Positions 41,967-53,362 of a DNA stretch of 64,000 nt are shown here, piece after piece. The stretch lies in assembly GCA_965112735.1 (NCBI GenBank), contig OZ218960.1:2046001-2110000 (forward strand), in the 5' to 3' direction. Both the position numbers and the translations under genes were made by a program. The first letter of the stretch is position 1. Each line of letters begins with the position of its first letter. Below the pieces are notes generated by a model, which searched no databases, was not told where the DNA came from, and worked only from the letters and a program-made list of their open reading frames with translations. The stretch is from Phaeosaccion multiseriatum (Eukaryota > Protista > Ochrophyta, other classes).

Positions 41967-43023
41967 CACCGCAGCAGCAGCCGCCGCCGCCGCAGCAGCA
42001 GCAGTCTCAAGAGGAGGAGGAGGGTGCGGAGCACGCAGTGGATGTAGGCGCAGATGGTGTATTTGGGAAGGCTGCTGAACGGACTCTGCTGCAGGAGCAA
42101 GAGCAGGCCACGGATGCGCTTGTGGGCATGCAGTCTCCGCAGCAGTACCCGCCCCAGCAGAGGCAGGCTGAAGAACAACAGCAGCAGCCAGCGCAGCCAG
42201 CACAGCAGTCTCCTCCCCCGCCGCCTCCTCCTGCACCGCAAGAGCAGCAGCACCACCACCACCACCACCAGCCGCAGCAGGAGCAGCCTGTCCAGCAGCA
42301 CCCGCAGCAAGTGCAGGAGTCCATGCCGTCAGCGATGCAACAGCCCATGCAGGCTGAGGGAGGGACAGGAGGCGTAGGCCGCCCGAATGCTCCCATCGGC
42401 AAGATGCCAATGCCTGGTCTCGTGGACTGGAGCAGCAGTTTCAGCCAGCCGAGCGCTAGTCGTCTGTCTTGGGAGGCCGAGGGGAATGGCAGTGGAGGTG
42501 CAGGGCAGTCCCCTGGGAGCGGTCCCAACCTGAGTGGAGCCAGCCTGAGCGGAGGGACCGGCGAGAGCGCGAGTAACATGCACCCGATCGCTGACCAGGG
42601 CTTGGAGGACTTGGATAAGCGGCCCAGCTACATCAACGCCTTCAGCCAGTCTCCGAGCCAAGGCTCTCTCATGCCGCGCATGGAGCCCCCTCCCTTGCCC
42701 CACGGCATTGGCTGGGACGCCGCTTCTCACCAGCAAGGGGGCTTCGGGTCTCAGATGCATCAGCAGCAGCAGCAGCAGCAGCATCCCCCACCGAAGTACG
42801 TGCCGCTTTCCCAGCGTCAGATACAGCAACAACAACACGGCCACCAGCAGCAGCAGCGGCAGATGGGCCCGCCGGAGTCGAGCGGCATGCCTGCTGCTCC
42901 TGTCTCAGTGGCGATGGGACTTGGAAGCCCCTTTGGCGGGGCATTCAGTGGCTACGGGCAGGCAGCTTTTGGCCACCCACCACACCACCCTTCGCAGCAC
43001 ATGCAACATCACCACCAACACCA

Positions 43024-43066
<43 letters not shown>

Positions 43067-43219
43067 CAGCAGCGTCACCCGCAGCAGCAGGGGGGGGATG
43101 GGCACCAACAACAGCAGTTTCAGGGGTGGGTGTATCACCAGCAGCACCTTCATTTGCCACACCAGCCGTCGTCGCCACAGCAGCAGCAGCAGCAGCAGCA
43201 GGAGGAGGCAGATTCTTGA
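39509..43219 (+). CDS. Intronless 1236-aa low-complexity protein with BAT2/PRRC2(MOS1)-like N-terminus and polyQ/polyE tracts
   Basis: KFPSKNLN...LTFLG...PVPINTPSLRTE...GGAVWG and HFPDL resemble BAT2_N motifs (NLPSLK.E, GW, FP.L). Single long ORF. Confidence 0.65.
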
Positions 43220-43400
43220 ACAGTCATGTTCACTACGTACCATACGTTCACCCGAGCTAAAAAAGGTAGAGGAAACACGGACCCAAGGGAAAGTGAGGCA
43301 TTTATTTGTGGCTCCGAAATGTGCGAGTAATTTGCTGAATGAAGAAATGATGTCATACTACTTCCACGCAATCTTTTCATCGGTGTCACAAGCAGCTCAC

Positions 43401-44456
43401 TCAGTCCTCGTCCTCGACTCTCTGGAGTATGAAGAGCGTGCCCTTGTTGCCTCTGCTTAGCCGCAAGGTACCCTTCGGCGAGAGGTATGTAACATCTATC
43501 CAACCCTTCACCTCATCCCCGAGAATGCTGAAGGGCACCGGGTAGGGAATACGAAAGGGGAGTGGCTTCAGGTCGAAACCTGCGTTGTCAAATTTGAAGT
43601 CGATGCGTCTCTCTGGGTTGGGGGGCACCTTCGTTTCGCTAACGCCAAAGAGTTCAAGTCCCAGGATTCTGAGAGGCGGCAAGGCAGCAAGTAGAGCACG
43701 TCAGTTTGCGAGTCGCTGGTGTCGGTTCTCGGTCCTCCACAATATACGGACCTGCCATCACCCTTACGGGGCTTAAAGCCTGGGAGGGGCTTGGCTTGAC
43801 AGCTCGCAATTGCCTCGACTTTGAGCTCGCCCAGCTGATGCCAAGTCCAGGGAAGCGCAAAAAGAGTCAGAGGCAGCTTGTTCGCATAACAAGTTCACGA
43901 GCCCTTCTCACCTTGCCCCCAAAGTCGACTATATTCGCGACCGTGGGCGGCCTCTCCCCAAAGATGTCTATTGTCTGGTATATTTGAAAGGCTTTCACAG
44001 CGACGAAACTCTTCTGGATGGGACTCGCTTTGCCCTTCGAGACAGTGAAGAGTAGGCGCTGCAAGCGGGTGGGAGTGGAGGAGGGACATGAGCTTCGAAT
44101 AGGCTTGGAACTACGTGCACGGTTTCTCTCCGTACCCATTTGCCGTCGACCGCTGATGAAATTGGAGACCCACCAGTCTCCTCCAAAGCAGCGACGGCCT
44201 TCTCGACCCGCTGGTCAGAGCCCCCCTCTGAGCCCCTGCCCTGCCCCGCGGCAGCAATGGCATCCAGCAATTCCTGCTCCGGCTGGGAAGTTCCCTTCTT
44301 CCCTCCCATTGAAAGTCTTACTATTAGGGGGGTTGATGACTTCCGGCATTGTCCACCTCCCCAAGTGGCTATTCTTTCTGCCCCCGGTGAAGAGGAGAGG
44401 AACGCCTCTGCCGCAGCAAGGAAGAAGGAGAGGAGGAAGAGAAGGGCGAAAGCCAT
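43401..44456 (-). CDS. Plastid lipid-associated protein / fibrillin (PAP_fibrillin)
   Basis: Signal AEA-F; LLDAIA..GRG, V.ALE, VDGKWRLLFT, GWIDVTYLS..LRLSRGNKGTLFIL. Four exons in phase. Confidence 0.92.
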
Positions 44457-44652
44457 CTCTTTTTCTTTTTAGCTCGATACGCAAGGTTCCCCCCCCCCTT
44501 TTATGGTTGGAATCTGATTGCCATTTGTAGGCGATCTCTCCGGGGACGGCGCTCGCTGCGCTCCTGGCCGTCGCGCTTTCTTTTCTCCGTGCTCTAGCGC
44601 TCGTTCCCCTAACTACCAAGAGGAAAGAGCTGCGTGCTCGCACTTTGGGAAC

Positions 44653-47600
44653 ATGGCGACTCACAAGACGCCGGCGATGAACACCGCGATGGAGATAGTG
44701 AAGGGCTCCATGGCCGCGGTGCTCGGCTTCCCGATTGGACGCTCGACGCTGGGAAGTAGACTGAGCGAGGGCAACAAGGGACGGATCACGGTCATGTGCG
44801 GCTTGACCGAGCAGCCGTCCGACGCAGCTGTACAAAAGGTCAAGCACGGGCTGAAATGGGGGGGGGATGCGTGTGGAGAGGAATGAGGATGCCGAGTGCA
44901 CCTGCCCCCTACCTTCTCTCTAAGTGCAAGTGCATATGTGTCTCACTCCTCCTGTGTGTACCTTCGACTGGATGCTAGGTGATGGAGGTGGCCAACGAGA
45001 CAATTGAAAAAGATGTGCCTGTCTACACGTTCACCATGTCGCGGTCAGTGGCGGAGGGCAAGTACGGGGATGCAATGTTCGATAAGGTGAGAGGGAACCA
45101 GAGAGGCGGGACCTGTTCTACCACTACTGCCACTGCTGCCGCTGCTGCTGCTGCTGCTGCTGGCATGTCGTTGCGGAGATAACTATACATGCCTGCCGCC
45201 CCCCCCCCCCATCCTGCCCTGCTGAGCCTCCCCTACCTGGCCTGTGTTGTTTGCCACAGTTTGAGGTCCCCGCGGAGGTGACCGAACTGACCATGTGCTA
45301 TATTGAGGGCCTCAACCTGCACGCCTCACCCAACAGCTTCCTGCCCAGTACAGGGCAGGTGGGAGAGATTAGCATAACCAAGGTACGGACGGACCTCCGG
45401 GTAGAGCCTTCGTTTTGCTGTGCACGGAAAGGACAGTCAAGGAAGTGTCCTCAACGGTTACGCCCGAGTACAATCCTCTCTTCCGTCGCTCTTGCCCTCT
45501 CTCCCCTCGCAGTTGAAGTTCAGGGGCAACAAGCAGGAGATGGAGATAATGTTTTCTGCCAGCCCCTTAGGCGACGCATCGTGTGTGCCCAATCCCAGCT
45601 GCGAGCCGCCCAGCGCAGACAGCATCGGCCTGCTTAACAGCGCCGAGTCCACAGTGGACACCGAGGGGGGGGGGAAGGGAGAGGCCTCTACAGAGGTGCG
45701 TGCACAGCTGGTCCCATTCTCGGTGGCACGTCACTTGACTTTGTCTTTGCCACTCCCTCCCTCTTACTGCGCCGCTTGCCTCTCTGTGGCAATAGGCGGC
45801 GTCTCTAAGCTCTAGCGAGGCGGCAGGAGGCGGAGGAGACGGTCAGAATGTGACCCCCTGGGCAGTGGAGGCGGACAAGGATGGCATCGACTACACGAAG
45901 CTTGTGAAGCAGTTCGGCAGCCAGCTCATCACAGAGGATCTTATTGCTAAGGTCAGAAGCGATGTGGGGGGAGTGGATGGGTTGGGTGGTAGGAGACACC
46001 TAACCTCTCTGCATGCGTGGTGACCTGACGTGGTGACGTGACTCCCTCTGTTCGGGCGGACAGGTGGAACGCTTGACGAACAAGCGGGCCCACCGCTTCC
46101 TCAGGAGAGGCCTGTTCTTCAGCCACAGGGACTTGGCCAAAGTGCTGCATGCGTACGAGAAGGTGCGTCTTGTCGTCTTACTTATGCGTTGCAAGAGAGC
46201 CCTTGCAGCTCTCTTCTTTCCCAATCAGGGGAGGGGGAGGGCTCTTTGTTTGGCCTTTTAAGGGAACAGGCGGGAAGTCCTCCTTACATGACGGCTTTAC
46301 TTCACTCTTCCCCCGCTCTCTCTACTTCCGTTTCTCACCACCCGATGCTCCGCGTGACTTGCTCCTTCGCCGCCCATGGCACTGGTAAACTCACTGGCAC
46401 CAGGGGGAGAAGTTCTACCTCTACACGGGCCGCGGCCCCTCCTCCGAGTCTCTGCACATGGGGCACATGATCCCCTTCCAGTTCACACAGTACCTACAGG
46501 AGGCCTTTGACGTCCCGCTGGTCATTCAGGTGCGTGTCGTGTCTCACAAGGGCGAGCGTCTTTGTGTTGGGCGTGCTTGATGAAGAGAGAGCAACAGAGC
46601 CGTCAGTCAGCCCCTCCACAGCCCTCCTTCATTCATTTACCTCCAACTTGGAATGTTTTGCTATGTCCCTCCTCTTCCAGCTGACGGACGACGAGAAGTT
46701 CCTGTTCAAGGACGATCTCCCCTTGGAGGAGGCCCACCGCCTTGCCTACGAGAACGCCAAGGACATAATTGCCTGCGGCTTCGACCCTGCCAAGACCTTC
46801 ATATTCAGCGACTTGGACTACATCCAGCACATGTACCCCATGGTCCTCAAGATACAGCACAGGTCAGTGCACCCGTCCCAGGTCACCTCCCCTCCCCTCT
46901 CCCACCCCTTTCTTGCTCTCTAAGATCGCTACCCTCCCACCGCCTTGCTTTCCAGCATAACCTTCAATGCGGCCCGGGGCTTCTTCGGCTTCACGGATAG
47001 TCACAACATCGGCTGTCAGGCGTTCCCGGCAGTGCAAGCAGCCCCCTCTTTCCCCGCCACCTTCCCCATCCCTCTCAAGGGCGCTACCAAGATGCCGTGC
47101 CTCATCCCCTGCGCCATCGATCAGGACGCGTACTTCAGACTTACTCGCGACGTCGCTCCCAAGGTGTGTGCTGCTGCGCTACTCTGCTGCGCGGAACTGC
47201 TTGCGAGACGAAACAACAAAGGATTCCCAGTGCCCAATGTTGTTTTAAAAGCCGCCGCCCTGCCCTTCCTTCCACAACTCTCTCAGCTCGGCATGCTCAA
47301 GCCAGCTCTGATTCACAGCAAGTTCTTCCCAGGGCTGCAGGGCCCCAAGGGGAAGATGAGTGCCAGCGTCTCCGCCTCGGCAATCTACGTGACGGACACA
47401 CCCAAGCAGGTGGGTAGGCGGCCAAAGTCAAGCAACCCCCCTGCCTAGCCCAGCACCTGTGTTTGCCAACAGGAGCATCTTGCTAATGAGGCTCTTCAAA
47501 AGCAAATTTGGTCGTACGTGTCTCACTCCTCCCCCCTCAAACGCCGCAGATCAAGAAGAAGGTGGGAGGGAGCTTCAGTGGAGGCCAAGAGACCCTTGAG

Positions 47601-48015
47601 GAGCACCGCGAGAAGGGTGCCAACATCGAGGTGGACGTGGCCTATCAGTACCTCACCTTCTTCCTCGAGGACGACGACGAAGTAAGTAAGCAAGAAACGA
47701 AAGAGACCGTTGGGCGGCGGTGCGCATCTTTGGGAATCCTTTCGCTGGTTTCTCGCGCCAACCCCAAGGCCTTCTGACCCTCTTCTGAACCCCCTCCCCC
47801 CACCCAATCCGCCTCCTCTACACCCTTCCCACCCGCCTGAGCAGCACCGGTCTATCGGGGAAGAGTACGCCGCCGGCCGCATGCTGACTTGCGAGGTGAA
47901 GCAGCGGCTCATTGACTTGCTCACGGAGATGGTCACTAGCCACCAGGAGAGACGCAGCAAGGTCACCGAGGAGATGCTCGCCCAGTTCATGGCTGTGAGG
48001 CCATTAGAATTCTAA
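44653..48015 (+). CDS. WARS: Cytosolic tryptophanyl-tRNA synthetase with N-terminal AlaX-like extension
   Basis: [79 protein letters not shown]. Confidence 0.97.
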
Positions 48016-48155
48016 GCACAGCTCCGCGCCTGGAGTGTGCTAACGCAGCCTGTCTTGTGTATTGCAGCTCGTCGACGTTGGTGGCACGCCCACCTTTGGC
48101 GCGCCTTGCACCGTTCCCCTTCGTTCTCTCTTCAGGGCGTACACCACACACAACA

Positions 48156-49692
48156 TCATTCCCCCTTTTCTGCTTTCTCTGCGGCTCTCCTTCGGTCTCG
48201 GGCGACGCACGCTCGAATGTAGCTGGAGCTAAGACTGGCGGCCTCTGTCCGCCTCGTCACCACAATCTGGAGCGGCGCCATGCCCTTCTCAAGGCGGATG
48301 CTGTTAATCTTTTCGGCCCCCTTGGTGGTTTCACTGCTCACAACGATGGCCTGGAAGCCTGCCTCTTGCACGGGAGGGCCAAGGGGGTCTTGGATCTCCT
48401 CCACGCGCAGATTCAGACTGGGCTTCATCACTTCGAGGAAGGAAGTCACCAGGGCTATGCGCTCGTCTACGGGGCTGATGAGCTCCTTCAGACTCTTCTT
48501 ACTCAGCATGGCGTCGTTCGTCACCTGTGTTTCGGAGCGAAGCAAGGGCGCAACCGTTATAACAACGCCCCTCCTCGCCCCTGGTTATCTTACTCGGACG
48601 TACATAGATGAATGACCAACACACAATTCGTACTCACCCCAACTGTGAGTGTGTCAGTGCATATGCTGGCTGCGAGCGTGAGCAGCTTCTTGTGGCCATT
48701 GTGCATATGGTCAAATGTGCCCCCACATGCAACCCGCTCGAAGCGCGGCAGCACAGCTCCAGGGTGCGGGTCCTCTAGGTAGACGTAGTTGTTGCTCCAA
48801 GCCTCTTGGGACACGGACCAGAGACTGGTGAGCGCCAAGTCGGCCAGGCCTGCCTCCGAGCGGCGGGCATTGGCGAAGTGCAGAAGCTGCTGCCCGTCCG
48901 CAGGGGGTTCGTCCGTCAGAAGAAGCTGAGAAGGAGGAGGAGAGCGCAAGTAAACACAGTGGAGATGGGGTTGGGCGGGAGTGTATTAGCATCTCCCCCA
49001 GAGTCATCTGGACAAAGTAATCAGCAGTGATGAGGTACCTGCACGTCGTGCTGCATGAGAGCAACGCTCCAGTCAGCCATGTCCTCTCCGCCGCCCTCCT
49101 CGGGCAGCAGCACCTGCACATCCACCAGCTCCCTCTCCACCACGCACGCCGCATCCCACAGGCGGCTGTACAGCTCTGCCACGTACTCCCTCACGCGCCC
49201 ACTGGGTTGGTCCTCGGCCCCCTTCAGCACCACGAGGAGTTTCGCAGTGACCGCTACGGCGAGTTAGACGTACAAGCAGCAGCAGCAGCACATAGAAGAA
49301 GAAGACGGAGAAGAAGATAAGGAGGCTGGGGAAGGGGAATCCCAAAGCAGTCCAGGATGTGAAGGAGCAGGGTGCATCTACTGTAGGACGACTGGCTCAC
49401 CCTGGAGAGCGTGGAGCATGCAGGCATCGTTCCGAAGCGCTTGCTCAAAGCCGCCAGCGGATAAAGGAGGCATGCGCAAGTGCAAGATTCCTCCCACGGC
49501 CTGTCCTCCATGTGCTCCTGCGTCTTTACCAACCGCTTTGATGTTCCCTTTCCTGGTGCGTCCCTTTTTGGCAGTTGCAAGCGGCGAGTGCACGAAGGCC
49601 GATGATCGCGTCAGTCTCTTTACCAGCAGGGCGAGACCCAGGAGGGGAATTATCCACCGCACCGCGTTCCCACCGCTTCCAGATCGCGTCAT
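48156..49692 (-). CDS. Phosphopantetheine adenylyltransferase (PPAT, eukaryotic CoaD/COASY-type), 4 exons
   Basis: VACGGTFDHMHNGHKKLL (HxGH), VGVTNDAML, IQDPLGP, AIVVSSET..GA..IN..R, SLSSSYIR. No dephospho-CoA kinase domain follows. Confidence 0.92.
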
Positions 49693-50001
49693 TTGTCTTT
49701 TTACTTCTTGCTTTCGGCCGCAGGCGCCTCAGGCTTCTGCTTATCGAGGCAAGAGAGAGGGACGTTTAGGGGGCGAACATCCTAAATTGTGAACTGATTA
49801 CTTTTACCAACCCCGCGAGCCGACTTGTTACCGAACCGAAAATACAACACACGCGCACAGCACCAACAAGAAAGGAACATTCTCAAGGGAGAGCACTCCT
49901 TGGGAGAGTGTGGAGAAGTGGCGGGGTAGTGGAGGGGTAGGGAGGATAGAATTTCTAGAGCGGCGGCGAGCTCTGTCTGGTGCCGCGTGGCGATTACCAA
50001 C

Positions 50002-53000
50002 ATGGTTCTCTTTCGTCTCTGCGTCGTCTTGTTGCTGGTACTTGTGTCGCGCGTGGCGGGTGCATTCGGCCCCTCGTCCAAAGTCAAGGATGTGGACGAC
50101 AAGAGTTTCTCAAAGAGTGTGCTCAAGAACGAGGGTGAGAAAGTCGTCAATGTTTCTTCCTCTCTTCTCTCTCTTGAAAAGGCTTGTCGGCAACTTGCTT
50201 GTGCTTGTCCGGAACCTTCTGCTTGGCATTGAAGACCTTTGCGAAGCGAATCAGGTGACCTCACAGCTCCCCCTCCGTTGCTCTCCACCACCTTCACTTT
50301 CTGGCTGTGGCCTTTGCTGCTAACGTGGGCGTGACCGGTGCTGCTGCCCAGGGTAAGTGGCCTCCTCTTCTGCTTCTTTGTCTTGTTCTTCCTCGCTGAG
50401 CTTGCTGTAGTTTCTTTCCAAATCCTTCTCCCTGTAGCGCTCTTGCCCCTGCGTCTTCAATGTCGGTCCACGCTGACTTGCTCTTTCGCTTCCCTTGTCC
50501 TCCCCCCCCACCCTGCCGCTCGTCAAGTATTGTGATTGTGGAGTTCTACGCTCCGGTAAGATAAGAGCGCCTCACAGTGGAGGCTTTGGGGGGGGGGGGG
50601 GAGCAGCATGCGGAAGCCACGATTCCCAACTATGGCCCCTTATCGTAACCTTGTTGAAAGTAGCTCATTGGGCCCCTTCCTCTTGTGTGTGTCTGTCTCC
50701 CTCACCCACGTCGCGGATATCTCGTACCTGGCCTCCGATCAATACCTACAACTGACAGTGGTGTGGTAAGTTCTCAAAAGCGCCGATGGTGGCTGCCGCG
50801 GATCCTCTGTCCTTTGAGCCTCCCTCCCTAAATGCCTTCTTTCCTCTGCGCCTGTTCAGGCCATTGCAAGAGCCTGGCTCCTGAGATGGAAAAGGCTGCC
50901 GCTCTGCTTCAGGGGGTCGTTACTGTTGCCGCCGTGGACGCAACGCAATCGGAGGCTCTGGCCCAAAAGTATCAAATCCAGGGCTTCCCCACCATCAAGG
51001 TGTGCTGGCCGTTCGTTGTCTCGGCGTGTCTTGGGAGTGTCTTGGAGTGAGCGTAAGTCGTGATGAGCTTGAGAGAGGAGTAGTATCACTGAGTGCTCCG
51101 TGTCGTGGCGTGCTTTGCGCAATGACTGCAGGTATTCGGGGCGGACAAGAAGGCCCCTGTGGACTACCAGGGGCAGCGGACGGCCGATGCCATTGTCACC
51201 GAGGGGATGAAAGCCGTACGGAGGCTGGTGTCCGACAGGCAGAGCGGGAAGGCCAAGAAAGAGAAGGGGTAAGGGGTAGGAACCCACTGGAGGCAGTCTC
51301 GGCGGTGCTCTCCATTGGCGAAGCCTGTTCGTTCTGACCGTGTCCAATCTCCCTCTCTCGTGTCCCCCTCCCTCCCCTTACTCAGAAGTAGTGGTAGCAG
51401 GCGCCCAAGCCCGGCTCCTCGCGGTGGGGGCAAGAAGCGCGACGTGGTGACTGTAACGGCGGACAACTTTGACACAGAGGTGCTCGGCTCTGACGAGGCG
51501 GTGTTTGTCGAGTTCTACGCTCCGGTAAGATAACAAGAGCGCCTCTCAGTGGAGGCTTGCATACGGGAAGCACAACTCCCCAACTCCCCAACAGTCGCCC
51601 CTACTTAGAAGCTCGTTGAAAGTTTCTCATTCGACCCCATGTTACTGTGTGTGTGTCCGTCCTATCCCTCCCACGTCGCGGGTGTCTTGTGCCTGCCCTC
51701 CGACCAATGCCTGCAACTGACTCAGTGGTGTGGTAAGTGGTCAATGGTGCCGATGGTGACTGCGGCTGATTCTCCATGCTTAATGTATCCTTATAATCCG
51801 TTGCTATCAGCTTCCCTAAAAGCTCTCTTTGCTCTTCGCTTGTTCAGGCCACTGCAAAAGTCTTGAGCCCGAGTGGGCTCAGGCAGCTACCGAGCTCAAG
51901 GTGAGAAAAGGACAGCCATCCTGGCCATCGTGTGCCCGCAATGACGAAAGCAAAAGCATGAGAATGTGATCTCTCACGTTTCCCCTCCAACCTCTGCTCT
52001 GTTGTCAGGACTCCGGGGTGAAGCTTTGCGCTGTAGATGCTACTCAACACGAGAACTTGGCTCGGCGCTACGGCGTGTCTGGCTACCCCACCATCAAGGT
52101 GTTCCCACCAGGCCCCAAGAGTGCAGAGCCCACCCCTTACAACGGACCAAGAGTAAGTTCTTTGCTCTGCACTGGGGCTGTGTGAGGCTGACATCCGCCT
52201 CAAGTCGTGTGCTGGCTGACCCCGCTGCGCCCCCTTTCTCCTCTCCGCATCGCACAGGACTCAAGTGGAATCGTGGCCTTTGCCCTGAATCTCATGGAGA
52301 CGAGTGACTGGGAGCCCGGCGTACCGGAGCTCACAGAGACGCAGCAGCTATCCCAAAAGTGCCAGGGTAACAAGATTTGCGTCATCGCCGCCCTGCCACA
52401 CATTCTCGACAGCGGCAAGGAGGGGCGAGAGGACTATATTGCCACCCTGGTGTCAGCAGCCAAGAAGGTAGGTTTCTTGTGAGGGCAAGGGTCAAGATCT
52501 AGGGGAACCGCCGCTATATCCGGTCTCTAGTCTAAGTCTCGACCGACCGTTCCGCGCCCTCTCCGGACGCAGGCCAAGGCCGCCCACTTTCTGCTCATGT
52601 GGACGGAGGGAGGCGTGCAGGGCGAGTTCGAGGAGGCCATGGGGCTCACGTTTGGATACCCCGCGGTGGTGGCCTACTCCAAGGAGAAGGGGGCCCGGGC
52701 GGTGCACGTGGGCAGCTTCAACACAGAGGCCGTCGGGAACTTCCTCAAGGGGTAAGGGAGTAAGGGTGCTTTCCGTCCTGTGCTGCCTCCTGCCTCCTCA
52801 TCCAATTGTGCTCGTGACTTACCCGACTTTCTTTGCCTGTATCCACCATCCACCCCCGTGCCAGGCTCATGACCGGGAGCACCAAGACCATTCCCTTGGC
52901 GACCGTGCCCAGGATTCTCTCAGTCACACCCTGGGACGGAGAGGCGCCTGTCCTGGAGGAGGAGGAGGAGCCGTTCTCTCTAGAGGACTTTTTGAACGAA

Positions 53001-53009
53001 GATCTTTAG
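50002..53009 (+). CDS. PDIA6: Protein disulfide isomerase A6 (P5/ERp5) with a 1-nt exon (50352) and two 7-nt exons (50759-50765, 51726-51732)
   Basis: Signal peptide; two Trx domains EFYAP|WCG|HCK, GFPTIKVF and YPTIKVFP; b domain ICVIAALPHILDSG; acidic tail ending NEDL. Confidence 0.93.
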
Positions 53010-53362
53010 GCCCTCCCGCTTCTGCGCTTCTGCCTTAGGGGAGGGGTTGAGCTCGAACCTTCGTTTGGCTCCTGACAAGGTTCTGAGGCGACCCAGCCCA
53101 GAACCTGGAACCTGGCCCGCTGGCGAGGCTTGGCAGAACAGCCTTGGCCCTCATCACTGCCTTATTACATGGCTTTCCCCCAGAACCTGGAACCTTGGTC
53201 GCCTCAGAACCTTGTCATGGGCCGAATCAGGCCGGTTGCGCCGGCCGTAATCAGTGATCGGCCGTCAGAAGCAGAAGAACAAAAAAAAGAAAAAAAAAAA
53301 AAAATTGAAATTGAAACTGGCTCCTTCCCACGCCCTTCATCTTCATCTGTTTTCGTCTCGCC

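Noticed and set aside
40135-43243. Long antisense/alternative-frame ORFs (poly-L, poly-A, poly-C)
   Set aside because: Shadows of the CAG/GAG repeats in the 1236-aa ORF.
50527-50870. Selenocysteine (UGA) in the PDI active site, or PDI pseudogene
   Set aside because: The missing WCG is supplied by canonical 7-nt exons (TGG TGT G). The nearby TGA is out of frame once the 1-nt exon is included.
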